The notes under the pieces were generated by a model. The model saw nothing but the letters and a program-made list of their open reading frames with translations. It ran no database searches and had not been told where the DNA came from. 64,000 bases of DNA, from positions 2,082 to 66,081 of the IMG/VR virus record IMGVR_UViG_3300038443_000660, one strand, 5' to 3'. This stretch comes from a virus (Duplodnaviria > Heunggongvirae > Uroviricota > Caudoviricetes). Both the position numbers and the translations under genes were made by a program. Positions 1-9,018 of this stretch are shown piece by piece. Each line of letters opens with the position of its first letter. Positions within the stretch are counted from its first letter, which is position 1.

Positions 1-1641
1 AGAACCTTTATCACCAGATACTGGAAATCCTGTTAATCTGGCATCATTATTTCTAGTAATTTCTGGTTGAAATAGATTGCCATTTAATCCAACTGCATTA
101 TGGTGAGTAGAAGGCTTTCCTGTATATCCACCATATGGTAATGAACCGGAAGCATCAGCGAAGCCCCTGCTAAATCCGGCATTTGATGCTGTTGCATTTC
201 CCGTATAAAATTGCTTTGCGGTTGCTAGACGTTTTGCCGTCTCACCTTGCGAATCATCATATCTTTCATATGCTTTCATAGCTAAGTTTGCTTGTTCAAT
301 GCTTGTGGCATTTCTAAGCATATTATTGGCTCTACTTTCAGTAGTGTTCAATTCATGAAAGAAAAAGTCGATTTGTTTCGATGCTGACCCTTGAGCGCCA
401 TAATTAATCATACTTTGTCGCCTATCATTCCATTGAAAAATACCTTCGGCGGCACTCCCTTTATCATTCGGATTAAACCCACCGGGATCAAAACCAGATT
501 CATGAAAAGCATGGGCTTTAGCGGCGGCTATTGCATAATCATTATATCCACGTTTACGCATTTCTGATTCTAATAAAGCTTCTGTCTCTTTTCTAGTTGT
601 AGGCTCATTTGCTGTAGTAGTCGAATCGACGTTATTGTTAGCTGATGGAGTTGTTTGTGCATTCGAAGTTCGAACATCTTTTAGTCCGGGTTTTCCGGGA
701 TACCATCCAGCTTGCTTGATTGCATTGACAAACCATCCAGCTTTGGCCCCATTCCAAACACGTCCAGAACCGGTATCAATATGAATGAATGAATTATACA
801 ACCCAAATCCGACAAAGCCACATTGAACAGCCGTTTGCGCAAATCTAGCTAGATTAGCTTGTGATGAACCGCCTATAGATGCATAGGATACGTCAAAAGC
901 CCGCCCCTTCATGTGTTGGGAATTTTTTGCACCGCCAACAGAAGCATTATAAGCTGGTGTTCTATAGGCCGAATTGATACCGGGATTCCTACCAAAACGT
1001 CTACCCAATTCTTCCAAGGCCAATGCAGAGGCATAATGGATAAACAATGAATGATTCGAATCCTTACACGCCAAACCATAATCACCAAGCGCTGGTGTTG
1101 GTTTATAAACTTTAAGTGGCCAGTTAGGAATATTTTGCTTAGTCAAATGTGAACCATCGTCGGCAATCACGGAACCACCAGAAGGGTTGGCCATTGCCAT
1201 AGGCGAGAAACCATCGCCATAAGCTGCATTCGTATTTGGACCAACCGCATCACCAGAATAAAGGCTAGACGTTCCACGATATCCAGCACCAGAATTACCG
1301 ATAAATGAAGCTGGATTTGAAACATCATGAATTCGAGGAATCGCACCCAAAATGACAGGGAATTGTGCCGTATCCCCATCAATGAAAATAGCAAATACCC
1401 ATGAGTCTGGCTTTAGATAATTTGGAGAAAATCCAACGCCAGAAGTTGAAGCGGATGATTGCAACACTTGCGACCACGGCAAATCAATAGTTGGTATTTT
1501 TGATTTGTCGGCTGTATGATATCCAAAATATCTGGCTTTTACTCGTCCAAGAGTGAGTGGATCACTCACATCCTCCACGACTCCTATAGCAAAAACTGTA
1601 TTTTTACCAATGAAATCGTTAAGATTATCTAATGTGTTCAA
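1..1641 (-). CDS. gp5: Baseplate hub/tail spike gp5-like protein (runs off left edge): gp5 OB-fold, then M15 Zn-peptidase, then phage tail lysozyme domain
   Basis: Hand translation from TTG at 1641 (TTGA overlap with upstream stop): GVVEDVSDPLTLGRVKARYFGYH...LPWSQV (gp5 N-term); SAYRTPAYNASVGGAKNSQHMKGRAFD...FIHIDTG (peptidase M15); ESGFDP...GIFQW...QIDFFFHEL...YERY (Phage_lysozyme2-like). Absent from the ORF track because truncated. Confidence 0.9.
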   Translation of the reverse strand, partial: MNTLDNLNDFIGKNTVFAIGVVEDVSDPLTLGRVKARYFGYHTADKSKIPTIDLPWSQVLQSSASTSGVGFSPNYLKPDSWVFAIFIDGDTAQFPVILGAIPRIHDVSNPASFIGNSGAGYRGTSSLYSGDAVGPNTNAAYGDGFSPMAMANPSGGSVIADDGSHLTKQNIPNWPLKVYKPTPALGDYGLACKDSNHSLFIHYASALALEELGRRFGRNPGINSAYRTPAYNASVGGAKNSQHMKGRAFDVSYASIGGSSQANLARFAQTAVQCGFVGFGLYNSFIHIDTGSGRVWNGAKAGWFVNAIKQAGWYPGKPGLKDVRTSNAQTTPSANNNVDSTTTANEPTTRKETEALLESEMRKRGYNDYAIAAAKAHAFHESGFDPGGFNPNDKGSAAEGIFQWNDRRQSMINYGAQGSASKQIDFFFHELNTTESRANNMLRNATSIEQANLAMKAYERYDDSQGETAKRLATAKQFYTGNATASNAGFSRGFADASGSLPYGGYTGKPSTHHNAVGLNGNLFQPEITRNNDARLTGFPVSGDKGS

Positions 1642-3032
1642 ACCTTTTCTCCATTAGAGTTAGGCCATACGGCTGAAACTTCTTTCGGTTCATTACCTTC
1701 TGGCAATGATTCGGTGTTCATATTCGTATCCATTTCATTTTCGTAGTTGTTTTTAATACAAGTCATGGAAATATTGTATCCAGAGCCTGTATAAACATGT
1801 CTGACAGACATAACCAAATATTTACCAGAAACAAGTTTATGAACATTTCGAATAATGTCATCAGTTCCACCAAATTCAGGAAATTCCAATTTAATGATAT
1901 CACCGGCTTTCCTATCTGTGTCGCCGGGTATTGAGATATCTACCATAATGTTATCCATTACCCCCATGGAACCACGAAACAGATGATAAAAATCTGGTTT
2001 CTGGTCTTTGTCTACACCAGAACCTGTTATGTTTGTTATTTGTAGTGTTTCTAGTGAACTTTTTTCTGAAATGTAGTTGTTGTTATCAGAAATAAACTTG
2101 CCGTTAGTTCCCAGATGATTAAGCTTATTAAAGTCTGTCAAGTAATCATATTCATATTTATTGAATTCAGAGTAGATTGGGTCGATGAATTGAGCAACAT
2201 TTTCCCAACCACCAAGTACACCAGCCTTGTCGGCAGAAAACAATGATGTGAATTCATATGAATTGATTTTAGATAATTCAAACGGTTTCGCACTTTGTCT
2301 TGACGCTCCACCAGATGGTGTATCGGATGCGCCGTCTCTAGGAGAGTTGTTCGGCTTCCAATTCTTAGGTGCTGAATAATAAGAGTCCAACGCCTTGCCC
2401 ATTATCAATTCGTCAATCGTTTTGAATACAAAGTTTGACGTGTTCTCGTAGTATACGAAGTTTGAAGCAATATACTTGTCGGATTTCGCTTCCTTGCATA
2501 GAAATTCTATAGCTTTCGTTGGCCGCATAGATGGAATAACAATAGTTCTAGCACCTTCTGTAGAGCCTGCATCCAACTCTTTTTGTGATTGAAGTATGGT
2601 TGAATGAATTTCTTTAACCATATCTGTTATCGTCTTAGACCGAAACGATTGTGATATCTTGGTCCTGAAATTAATGAAATATTCCGGCGAGGCTAGATGT
2701 ATAATGTATTGTGCTTCTCTGGCATGTGTAGTGTTACGCATGTTTTCAATAGAAACAACACGCAAATTCAAATCAATTGTTCTAAGAACGGCTGAATGTG
2801 GTGTCTTGAATTTGATATTGACGGTTTCCTGCCCCACAATTGGCAAAACCGACATAAGGGACAGAGTATCCTTAATCGACAATGAAGCGGTAATAAACGG
2901 TTCTACTATCGATTCATAGATAGAAAACTCCTGAACGATAGGGAACAAATTTATGGATTCGTTAGATATTTCAGATTTGAGTAATATTTGCTCTATCTTT
3001 ATAGAGCCTGATGGAAAATCAGTTTCTGCCAT
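1638..3032 (-). CDS. Baseplate hub protein, gp27/late-control-D-like
   Basis: 464 aa between gp53 and gp5; N-term IYESIVEPFITASLSIKD and C-term IPGDTDRKAGDIIKL...SGKYLVMSVRH typical of hub proteins. Confidence 0.65.
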   Translation of the reverse strand: MAETDFPSGSIKIEQILLKSEISNESINLFPIVQEFSIYESIVEPFITASLSIKDTLSLMSVLPIVGQETVNIKFKTPHSAVLRTIDLNLRVVSIENMRNTTHAREAQYIIHLASPEYFINFRTKISQSFRSKTITDMVKEIHSTILQSQKELDAGSTEGARTIVIPSMRPTKAIEFLCKEAKSDKYIASNFVYYENTSNFVFKTIDELIMGKALDSYYSAPKNWKPNNSPRDGASDTPSGGASRQSAKPFELSKINSYEFTSLFSADKAGVLGGWENVAQFIDPIYSEFNKYEYDYLTDFNKLNHLGTNGKFISDNNNYISEKSSLETLQITNITGSGVDKDQKPDFYHLFRGSMGVMDNIMVDISIPGDTDRKAGDIIKLEFPEFGGTDDIIRNVHKLVSGKYLVMSVRHVYTGSGYNISMTCIKNNYENEMDTNMNTESLPEGNEPKEVSAVWPNSNGEKV

Positions 3033-3584
3033 TTATTGTGCGAATATGTTTTTGATTTCAGTTTCTATCTTCGGAATGTACATCTTTTTGATTAGTGAAA
3101 TTCGGCGTCTGTTTTCGTTTCTATCCATTTCATAGTCATATGCATAGACCATTCTTTTTTCTTCTAATGGAAGTTTAAGGAATGCTGTTTTGTCTATTTG
3201 CAATTCCTTGGCAGGAACAATAGAGCCATCCGAAAATACTTCTTTATTCTGGATAATTCTATAATATGCGTATTCAGTCTGCATAGCAGTTTGGGTTGAA
3301 CCATAAGTTTTTACTATATATTCATCAAATTCATTGGTTGACATCGGCCAATCGTAATAAGGGTCAAGCATCATATTTGTGAGTAGAATCAATTCAGACA
3401 ATTCAGGTCTTTTGTAATATTTATCAGCCACCACGAACGGCTTTTCACCATCTGATATGATGTAATCATCAAAGACCTTGGAATAGCGATATATTAATTC
3501 CCTGACTCTGTAGCGAACCATGATATTCGTTGCCATAGAGCCACTATACATTGTTTTTGGAAATGGTGAGAAAAACGTTGCCAT
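3033..3584 (-). CDS. gp53: Baseplate wedge protein gp53
   Basis: FFSPFPK...YIISDGEKP...VADKYY...ILLTN...DPYYDWPM...KTYGS. Confidence 0.88.
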   Translation of the reverse strand: MATFFSPFPKTMYSGSMATNIMVRYRVRELIYRYSKVFDDYIISDGEKPFVVADKYYKRPELSELILLTNMMLDPYYDWPMSTNEFDEYIVKTYGSTQTAMQTEYAYYRIIQNKEVFSDGSIVPAKELQIDKTAFLKLPLEEKRMVYAYDYEMDRNENRRRISLIKKMYIPKIETEIKNIFAQ

Positions 3585-3587
3585 GTC

Positions 3588-4481
3588 TTAGAAACCATCC
3601 TTGACAATATCTTCTCTGGTGAGGATAGCCACTTCTTGGAATGATAAATCTAATTGAGTCGAGAAAGGAATTTCACCAGATGATGAACTAAAGTAAGACT
3701 TGGTTCCTTCACCGTGGTAATCAACGTTCATATTAGTCAATACACATGTGGCAAATTTGAATCGATAGGTGGTATCCGGCAAATCTATGTGCCAAACATC
3801 TGGATATTTGAATAGGTTGTTGTTGAGATTTTCTTCAAAGTTTGGGTGCATTCCAACTTTGAATTCACGAATTATATTTTTAATCGTGTTGGCTTCCTTC
3901 AAGTTTGAAGGAATTAGTTTGTACGAGAAGTTGAATTGTCTGAATTCGGGGGATGAATAAACCATTGCTTGAAATGGGTTAACGGCGACACCTGCCGCTC
4001 TTGACAATGTAGAATAACCGGTAAGTTTTTGACCAAAATCAACTGCGGCGGCTTGAAGAAGATTGGTCACACTATCGCTACCGGGCTTAAATTTTTCGAT
4101 TATAGAACCGACTCGATCCTTAAATCCATCTGTAGATTTAGTTTTTTTCCATTCGTCATATCCTTCCGCTGCCGCATCCATAGCCATGTGACTTATAGCA
4201 CCCATATCTTCGGAATTCCATGTTGCACCATAGGACGTGCCTAACGATACCGGTACAGGCAAAGCAATTTGCGCTCCGGTAGCTTTCTGGGTTGAATCTG
4301 ATTTCAAATCGTTTCTGGAATATTCATATCGCCTGAAATAGATGACGTGTTTCCATTCGGTCGTGAGTGACCCCGGAAACGTGAACGTGTCACCAACTGT
4401 GTCCAATCCATTAACAACATCATCTCTGGTCGTTATCGGAATGGTTATTTTATCAGGAGTTTTTTCGTATGATTCAGCCAT
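3588..4481 (-). CDS. gp48: Baseplate tail-tube cap gp48
   Basis: IALPVP...SYGATW...NPFQAMVYSSPEFRQFNFSYKLIPSN...YPDVW...CVLTNMNVDY; start moved to ATG 4481, downstream of a late promoter. Confidence 0.85.
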   Translation of the reverse strand: MAESYEKTPDKITIPITTRDDVVNGLDTVGDTFTFPGSLTTEWKHVIYFRRYEYSRNDLKSDSTQKATGAQIALPVPVSLGTSYGATWNSEDMGAISHMAMDAAAEGYDEWKKTKSTDGFKDRVGSIIEKFKPGSDSVTNLLQAAAVDFGQKLTGYSTLSRAAGVAVNPFQAMVYSSPEFRQFNFSYKLIPSNLKEANTIKNIIREFKVGMHPNFEENLNNNLFKYPDVWHIDLPDTTYRFKFATCVLTNMNVDYHGEGTKSYFSSSSGEIPFSTQLDLSFQEVAILTREDIVKDGF

Positions 4482-4492
4482 ATTTGATGTTC

Positions 4493-4500
4493 TATAAATA
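4493..4500 (+). promoter_or_regulatory. T4-type late promoter TATAAATA for gp4
   Basis: Exact TATAAATA 30 nt upstream of the gp4 ATG. Confidence 0.8.
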
Positions 4501-4517
4501 GCAATAGTGTACATTAC

Positions 4518-4525
4518 TATTTATG
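4518..4525 (-). promoter_or_regulatory. Late promoter variant CATAAATA for the gp48-gp53-hub-gp5 operon
   Basis: CATAAATA on minus strand 37 nt upstream of the gp48 ATG; overlapping divergent pair with the gp4 promoter. Confidence 0.65.
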
Positions 4526-4530
4526 AATAA

Positions 4531-5016
4531 ATGGCCAAAGAATTTAATCTACCACCAAACAAAAATGGACGATTCAAACAAGGTTATTTCAAACCAACGA
4601 ATCCAAAAAAATATGTCGGGGATATCAACTCGATTGTATATCGGTCCAGATTGGAACTTCGATTCTATAAATTTTTCGATTTGAGTTCGAATGTTCTTTC
4701 TTGGGCTTGTGAAGAATTCAAAGTCGAATATTTCTCACAGCTTGACGGTAAAGTGCATCGATATTTTCCAGATGCAATTATCAAAATCAGAACAAGGGGC
4801 GGTAAGGAAAAGGTTGTTATGATAGAAATCAAGCCCAAAGCACAATGCTTTGAGCCTAAAAAGCCCAAGAATGCTAATTCGAAACGTTACATCAGCGAAG
4901 TCATGACATATCAGAAAAACCAAGACAAATGGCAATCTGCCACAAAATTTTGTAAATCAAAAGGGATGGATTTCATGGTTCTTCATGAGGACTTTTTGAA
5001 GTCTTTTTCTGATTAA
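4531..5016 (+). CDS. gp4: Head completion protein gp4 (TnsA-like nuclease fold)
   Basis: FKQGYFKPTNPKKYVGD...IVYRSRLE...YFSQLDGKVHRYFPD...IEIKPKAQ...NQDKW. Confidence 0.92.
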   Translation: MAKEFNLPPNKNGRFKQGYFKPTNPKKYVGDINSIVYRSRLELRFYKFFDLSSNVLSWACEEFKVEYFSQLDGKVHRYFPDAIIKIRTRGGKEKVVMIEIKPKAQCFEPKKPKNANSKRYISEVMTYQKNQDKWQSATKFCKSKGMDFMVLHEDFLKSFSD

Positions 5017-5330
5017 TTCAACTTCATACCAGAAGATTGTAAAAAATCTGTTAGTTCATTTGAATATAAAAGCCATGGATTCTTTTTCTTTACGAGTGCT
5101 TGAAAGTGGCTATTATAAGTCACTTCATTAAATGAATTCATTAGTCGGCGGCGGGCGTCGTGCGGAACACCTAGCCTGTGAATTTCGTTAATAGCGTTCA
5201 CACGCTGTCTATGCGTTTCAACATTCTTTTTAAGTAAATTTTTAAGTCTTAGTCGGGCAACGAACATAACAACTTGCAATAAGATAAAAAGGACTGCACA
5301 GCTAACAGACACATAAAGTGGTATATTCAT
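5013..5330 (-). CDS. Hypothetical protein with N-terminal TM helix
   Basis: 105 aa, hydrophobic N-term, stacked with neighbours. Confidence 0.55.
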   Translation of the reverse strand: MNIPLYVSVSCAVLFILLQVVMFVARLRLKNLLKKNVETHRQRVNAINEIHRLGVPHDARRRLMNSFNEVTYNSHFQALVKKKNPWLLYSNELTDFLQSSGMKLN

Positions 5331-5524
5331 TGGTGTAGTTCCTTATATACATTAATTGATGCGGCAGTCATTGCTACGGTATACAATCCTACAAATAGAA
5401 TAGGCCATATGAAAAGGTCAAAAATGCCCTTTTCATACATGATGCCTGATAAGACTAGAAAAATGATATTAAAACCAACAGATGTAGCTACTAAAAATAC
5501 CGCTGAAAATTCTTTCGGACTCAT
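5327..5524 (-). CDS. Small two-TM membrane protein
   Basis: 65 aa, two hydrophobic segments, ATGA-type overlaps. Confidence 0.55.
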   Translation of the reverse strand: MSPKEFSAVFLVATSVGFNIIFLVLSGIMYEKGIFDLFIWPILFVGLYTVAMTAASINVYKELHQ

Positions 5525-5907
5525 TTCATTTCAATCCATTCTTCTTCTGTATAATCTGATGTATAATGAACTCCGTTCATCTTAAAATTGTACTTAGGAC
5601 CAGTTGAGATAATCGAGTCCATTTCCTCTTTGTATATGGGTCTGTAAAACCCTAGATCGATAAGGACCGTCCTGACAAATTTCAACTGGTTTTGATAATC
5701 TCTCTTGAACTTTGGTTCTGGATTGTCAGAGATATAATCTTCTAAAACACGCTGATAATCAAATATGGCGTCTAGTTCATCGTAGGGTCTGCCATCCTCA
5801 TGATAGCTATCGTCTTCCCGGTCCAATTCCATGTAGTATGAAATTTCGGAACGAAACGGTTGAGTGTCAACAAGCCTAATGGTGTTAGTTGCTGACTCAC
5901 GATTCAT
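5521..5907 (-). CDS. Hypothetical protein
   Basis: 128 aa acidic ORF in stacked operon. Confidence 0.6.
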   Translation of the reverse strand: MNRESATNTIRLVDTQPFRSEISYYMELDREDDSYHEDGRPYDELDAIFDYQRVLEDYISDNPEPKFKRDYQNQLKFVRTVLIDLGFYRPIYKEEMDSIISTGPKYNFKMNGVHYTSDYTEEEWIEMK

Positions 5908-5910
5908 AGT

Positions 5911-6375
5911 TTATTCCTCTTTCGATTGCCATGCGTCATTCATGATAGTGTAATCGATAACCTTTAGAAGAACCGAGTCGAAATCGTCATCTGGAATTTT
6001 ACTCAATTCCTTGGCAAATTCCTTTTCATTTTCCGAAAACTCGTAACCTGCCGGGAATGAGAAACAACCGCCATTGTCTCCATCACCCCAACCAACTTCA
6101 AAAATACCAGCCCTAAAAATGGTCATCTGGGTATCACTGGTTGGCTGAGTCCAATACAGTCGAAGGAATTTGTTCCTTCCACCATATAAAGTTGCCCGCT
6201 GGTGATAGGCAAGCGGATTTTTCGTATGATGGACGATATTGTATTCTCGACCGTCACACATCATAAACTTTGTAACTTCGTTATTATACTTATCCTTCGT
6301 ATCTCGAATCTTCACCATACACAATGGGATTACACCGATATGACGAGACATAAGTTCAACATAACCAAAAGACAT
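5911..6375 (-). CDS. Hypothetical protein
   Basis: 154 aa, GGAG SD upstream, follows a sigma70 promoter. Confidence 0.65.
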   Translation of the reverse strand: MSFGYVELMSRHIGVIPLCMVKIRDTKDKYNNEVTKFMMCDGREYNIVHHTKNPLAYHQRATLYGGRNKFLRLYWTQPTSDTQMTIFRAGIFEVGWGDGDNGGCFSFPAGYEFSENEKEFAKELSKIPDDDFDSVLLKVIDYTIMNDAWQSKEE

Positions 6376-6409
6376 TCTTTAAAATTCTCCTATCACAATT
6401 CATATTTGT

Positions 6410-6452
6410 ATGGTATCACATCACAGGAAATTGTCAAGTAAAAACCTGTCAA
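6410..6452 (-). promoter_or_regulatory. Sigma70-type early promoter with duplicated -35 (TTTTACTTGACA x2)
   Basis: TTGACA(6437-6432)-N16-TACCAT; second TTGACA 15 nt upstream. Confidence 0.6.
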
Positions 6453-6580
6453 GTAAAATCTTCAAACTAATCAAAATATTTGTTAAGTAATATCAACACT
6501 TTACAAGATACAAGATAGGTGCGACAATCTGTCATATAGCCAAGATATCAATGTTTTGGTATGGTCTTCTTTATGCCGTT

Positions 6581-7070
6581 TTAACAAACGGCCTCACTTC
6601 GTTCAGCAATTTGTTAATATTCCTTCGGAATAGATATCCAATCAATAATAACAAAATATAGAATCAAATAACAAAACCTATTGAATCTAGGTAAACCATG
6701 AATCTAGCAATCAGTTATCAATAACAACAAATATTACATGTTTATTGAATTTCCATTCGCATTCGCTCATTCCAATTCAATAAATCTTCGATTAGTTATA
6801 CTTTATCTTCACTAACGTTCAGATAAAGTCTTTCAGATGTTCAAATTGTATTTTGGTAAAGATTCTGTAGAGAATATTGTGAGATTGTTATTGACAATAT
6901 AAAAATAGTAATCTATAGTGTAAAGGAGTAAATAATTTAAGATTCTTGTAAAGATTTCTTACAATAATTGAAAATTATATAAGTGCGCAAGCACTCTGTT
7001 ATTCTCACGCATAAAATAATATTTTATAGATGGCTTTCACTCACTTCGTTCGTTCAAACCATCTATAAAA
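6581..7070 (-). repeat. Four inverted-repeat hairpins with related tandem-GA cores in a 720-bp ORF-free gap; candidate origin or ssDNA signal
   Basis: Stems 6581-6617, 6741-6784, 6800-6829, 7022-7070; minus-strand cores GA-AC-GAA-GT-GA, GA-GC-GAAT-GC-GA, GA-AC-GTTA-GT-GA, GA-AC-GA-AC-GAA-GT-GA-GT-GA. Confidence 0.75.
6891..6919 (+). promoter_or_regulatory. Near-consensus sigma70 promoter with no convincing downstream gene
   Basis: TTGACA-N17-TATAGT. Confidence 0.55.
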
Positions 7071-7097
7071 CTTTCAGATTACAGTATAAAGACCAGA

Positions 7098-7466
7098 TTA
7101 ATAGTTTACCAGCTTTTTCAAACCATAATCTTCGCTCATATAATCCGGTTGCTCGGATGGCGTCGGAATAACAGGTTCCGGCTTCTTGACGATAGCGAGT
7201 TCGGCTTTCTTTTGCGCCTTGTCAAAAGCCCAAATAGGTTCAGCCTCGTCATCCTCATTAGTATGTTCGGATTGTTCAATTCCAGAAGCAATAATAATGT
7301 CATTAACCTTGACGTTCCAAAATGCAGTTTCGGAGTCGGGAGAATCGACAATCACCGCTTCGATAATATCGCCCGGTATCATCATACCGTTGTGAAATTT
7401 ATCAGGGAACTTATCTCGAAAAATTCCGTGTTCAACTTCGTTGCGTTCGTAAAAGTACCATTTCAT
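7098..7466 (-). CDS. Hypothetical protein
   Basis: 122 aa; TTGACT-N16-CATAAT upstream (7534-7507). Confidence 0.65.
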   Translation of the reverse strand: MKWYFYERNEVEHGIFRDKFPDKFHNGMMIPGDIIEAVIVDSPDSETAFWNVKVNDIIIASGIEQSEHTNEDDEAEPIWAFDKAQKKAELAIVKKPEPVIPTPSEQPDYMSEDYGLKKLVNY

Positions 7467-7555
7467 TTGTATATCACCCTATACCATTACATTTATAATG
7501 CAGCGCATTATGCACAGTTTCTTAATCGAGTCAAGTCCCTGATTCGGGATTTTCG

Positions 7556-7563
7556 CATAAATA
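7556..7563 (+). promoter_or_regulatory. Late promoter variant CATAAATA for gp54-gp26-gp51-gp29
   Basis: 35 nt upstream of the gp54 ATG. Confidence 0.65.
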
Positions 7564-7597
7564 CTAGTGAGTTATCCATCATTAGTAATAATAGAAA

Positions 7598-8134
7598 ATG
7601 CCGTTTGATATTTCCGCTTTCCAGTCACAACTTAATATTTCCGGTGTCGCCAAAACATCAAATTATGAAGTCAGGGTATTTGGACCAGACTCTGATGTCA
7701 GTTCACAGCGTGACCTAACATATCGTTGTGCATCTGTCAATATACCGGGAAGACGTGTATTGACAACGGAAATAACCGATTTCAGTCTACCACGATTTGC
7801 CGGTTATTCTTCTTCTGTCTCTGATGTGAATATGACTATTATTCTATCAGAAGATTTGAGAGAGAAGATTTACTTTGAAAAGTGGTTAGATAAAATCACT
7901 GGAAATTATCGAGTTCAAACATCTGATACTATGTTCGATTTGGCGTTCTACGATGATTATGCCAAAGGTTCGACAATGGAGATATATCAATTCAATGACA
8001 ACGGCGAACAAACAAGAATACATTCGTTGCTGGAATTGTTCCCATACGATATTTCAGACATTACTACGGCATGGGATGATAACTCAATCATGTACTTAGA
8101 CGTTTCATTCAAATACAGGTTTTATAGAAATTAA
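7598..8134 (+). CDS. gp54: Baseplate tail-tube initiator gp54 (gp19-like fold)
   Basis: FDISAFQSQLN.SGVAKTSNYEV...CASVNIPGR...KIYFEKWLD...FPYDISDI...W...LDVSFKYR. Confidence 0.8.
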   Translation: MPFDISAFQSQLNISGVAKTSNYEVRVFGPDSDVSSQRDLTYRCASVNIPGRRVLTTEITDFSLPRFAGYSSSVSDVNMTIILSEDLREKIYFEKWLDKITGNYRVQTSDTMFDLAFYDDYAKGSTMEIYQFNDNGEQTRIHSLLELFPYDISDITTAWDDNSIMYLDVSFKYRFYRN

Positions 8135-8137
8135 TAT

Positions 8138-8839
8138 ATGTTACCAGAATTAGCTTTCCCTACATACACCACCAATCTCATATCAGACAATAAAGAGATT
8201 GAATATCGTCCGTGGCTTGCCAAGGAACAAAAGATATTATTGATGGCCTTGGAATCTCGTGACATGAAAGATGTCACTGATGCGGTCTTAAATATCCTCA
8301 AATCATGTATCTTGACAGACATTGATATCAAGAAATTGCCGTCTTTCGACATTCAACACATTTTCTTATGCTTAAGAAAAGTTTCTGTATCAGAAGTGGT
8401 TGAAGTTAAGTTGAAATGTGATTGCGGTACAGAAGAAAAACCGCATTTTAATGCTCTCAAACTCAATTTGAATAATGTGAGAACGGAAATTCCAGAAGGT
8501 CACACACGAAAGATTAAGCTGAATGATACGATTGGTGTAATCATGAGATATCCGAATGAAGACATGATTGCAGACCTTGAAAAAGAAGATACAGAAGTGG
8601 CTTTCTCTGTTATCGCCAGATGTATCGAGTCCGTGTTTGATGAAGAAACTGTTTATTCCGATTTTACCGAAGCAGAAATGAACAAATGGATTGGTAATCT
8701 CAATTCAGAACAGATGCTAAAAATTGTAGACTTCTTCAAGAATGCACCTAAGCTTGTGATGGATGTCAAGTATAAATGCACAAATTGTCAGAAAGAGAGT
8801 GAATACAGGCTAGAGGGCCTGTCTGATTTTTTTATGTAG
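8138..8839 (+). CDS. gp26: Baseplate hub assembly protein gp26
   Basis: LPELAFPTY...IEYRPWLAKEQKILLMA...FDIQHIFLCLRKVSVSE...CDC...IGVIMRYP...CTNC...LEGLSDFF. Confidence 0.92.
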   Translation: MLPELAFPTYTTNLISDNKEIEYRPWLAKEQKILLMALESRDMKDVTDAVLNILKSCILTDIDIKKLPSFDIQHIFLCLRKVSVSEVVEVKLKCDCGTEEKPHFNALKLNLNNVRTEIPEGHTRKIKLNDTIGVIMRYPNEDMIADLEKEDTEVAFSVIARCIESVFDEETVYSDFTEAEMNKWIGNLNSEQMLKIVDFFKNAPKLVMDVKYKCTNCQKESEYRLEGLSDFFM

Positions 8840-8841
8840 GC

Positions 8842-9018
8842 ATGATTCATGATTCCATGGAAAACTACATGATGCAAAACTTTTACCTGATGATAGATTA
8901 CCATCAGGATATGAATTATTGGGATAACATGCTTCCATTTGAGCGTGAAATATATCTTACCTTGCTAACAAACAAAATAGAAAAAGAAAATGAGCAACGA
9001 AGACAACAACAGCAATAG
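8842..9018 (+). CDS. gp51: Baseplate hub assembly catalyst gp51-like (58 aa, below ORF-track cutoff)
   Basis: Hand translation MIHDSMENYMMQNFYLMIDYHQDMNYWDNMLPFEREIYLTLLTNKIEKENEQRRQQQQ; ENMxPxEREIY motif and position after gp26. Confidence 0.82.
   Translation: MIHDSMENYMMQNFYLMIDYHQDMNYWDNMLPFEREIYLTLLTNKIEKENEQRRQQQQ

Noticed and set aside
6983-7171. 62-aa ORF downstream of the orphan promoter
   Set aside because: GTG start far from the AAGGAG, crosses the conserved hairpin and overlaps a real antisense gene
7149-7718. 189-aa plus-strand ORF and other long opposite-strand ORFs (e.g. 9229-10086, 20642-21190, 21019-21714, 57032-57529)
   Set aside because: Shadows of better-supported genes on the other strand, with no motifs or SD sites
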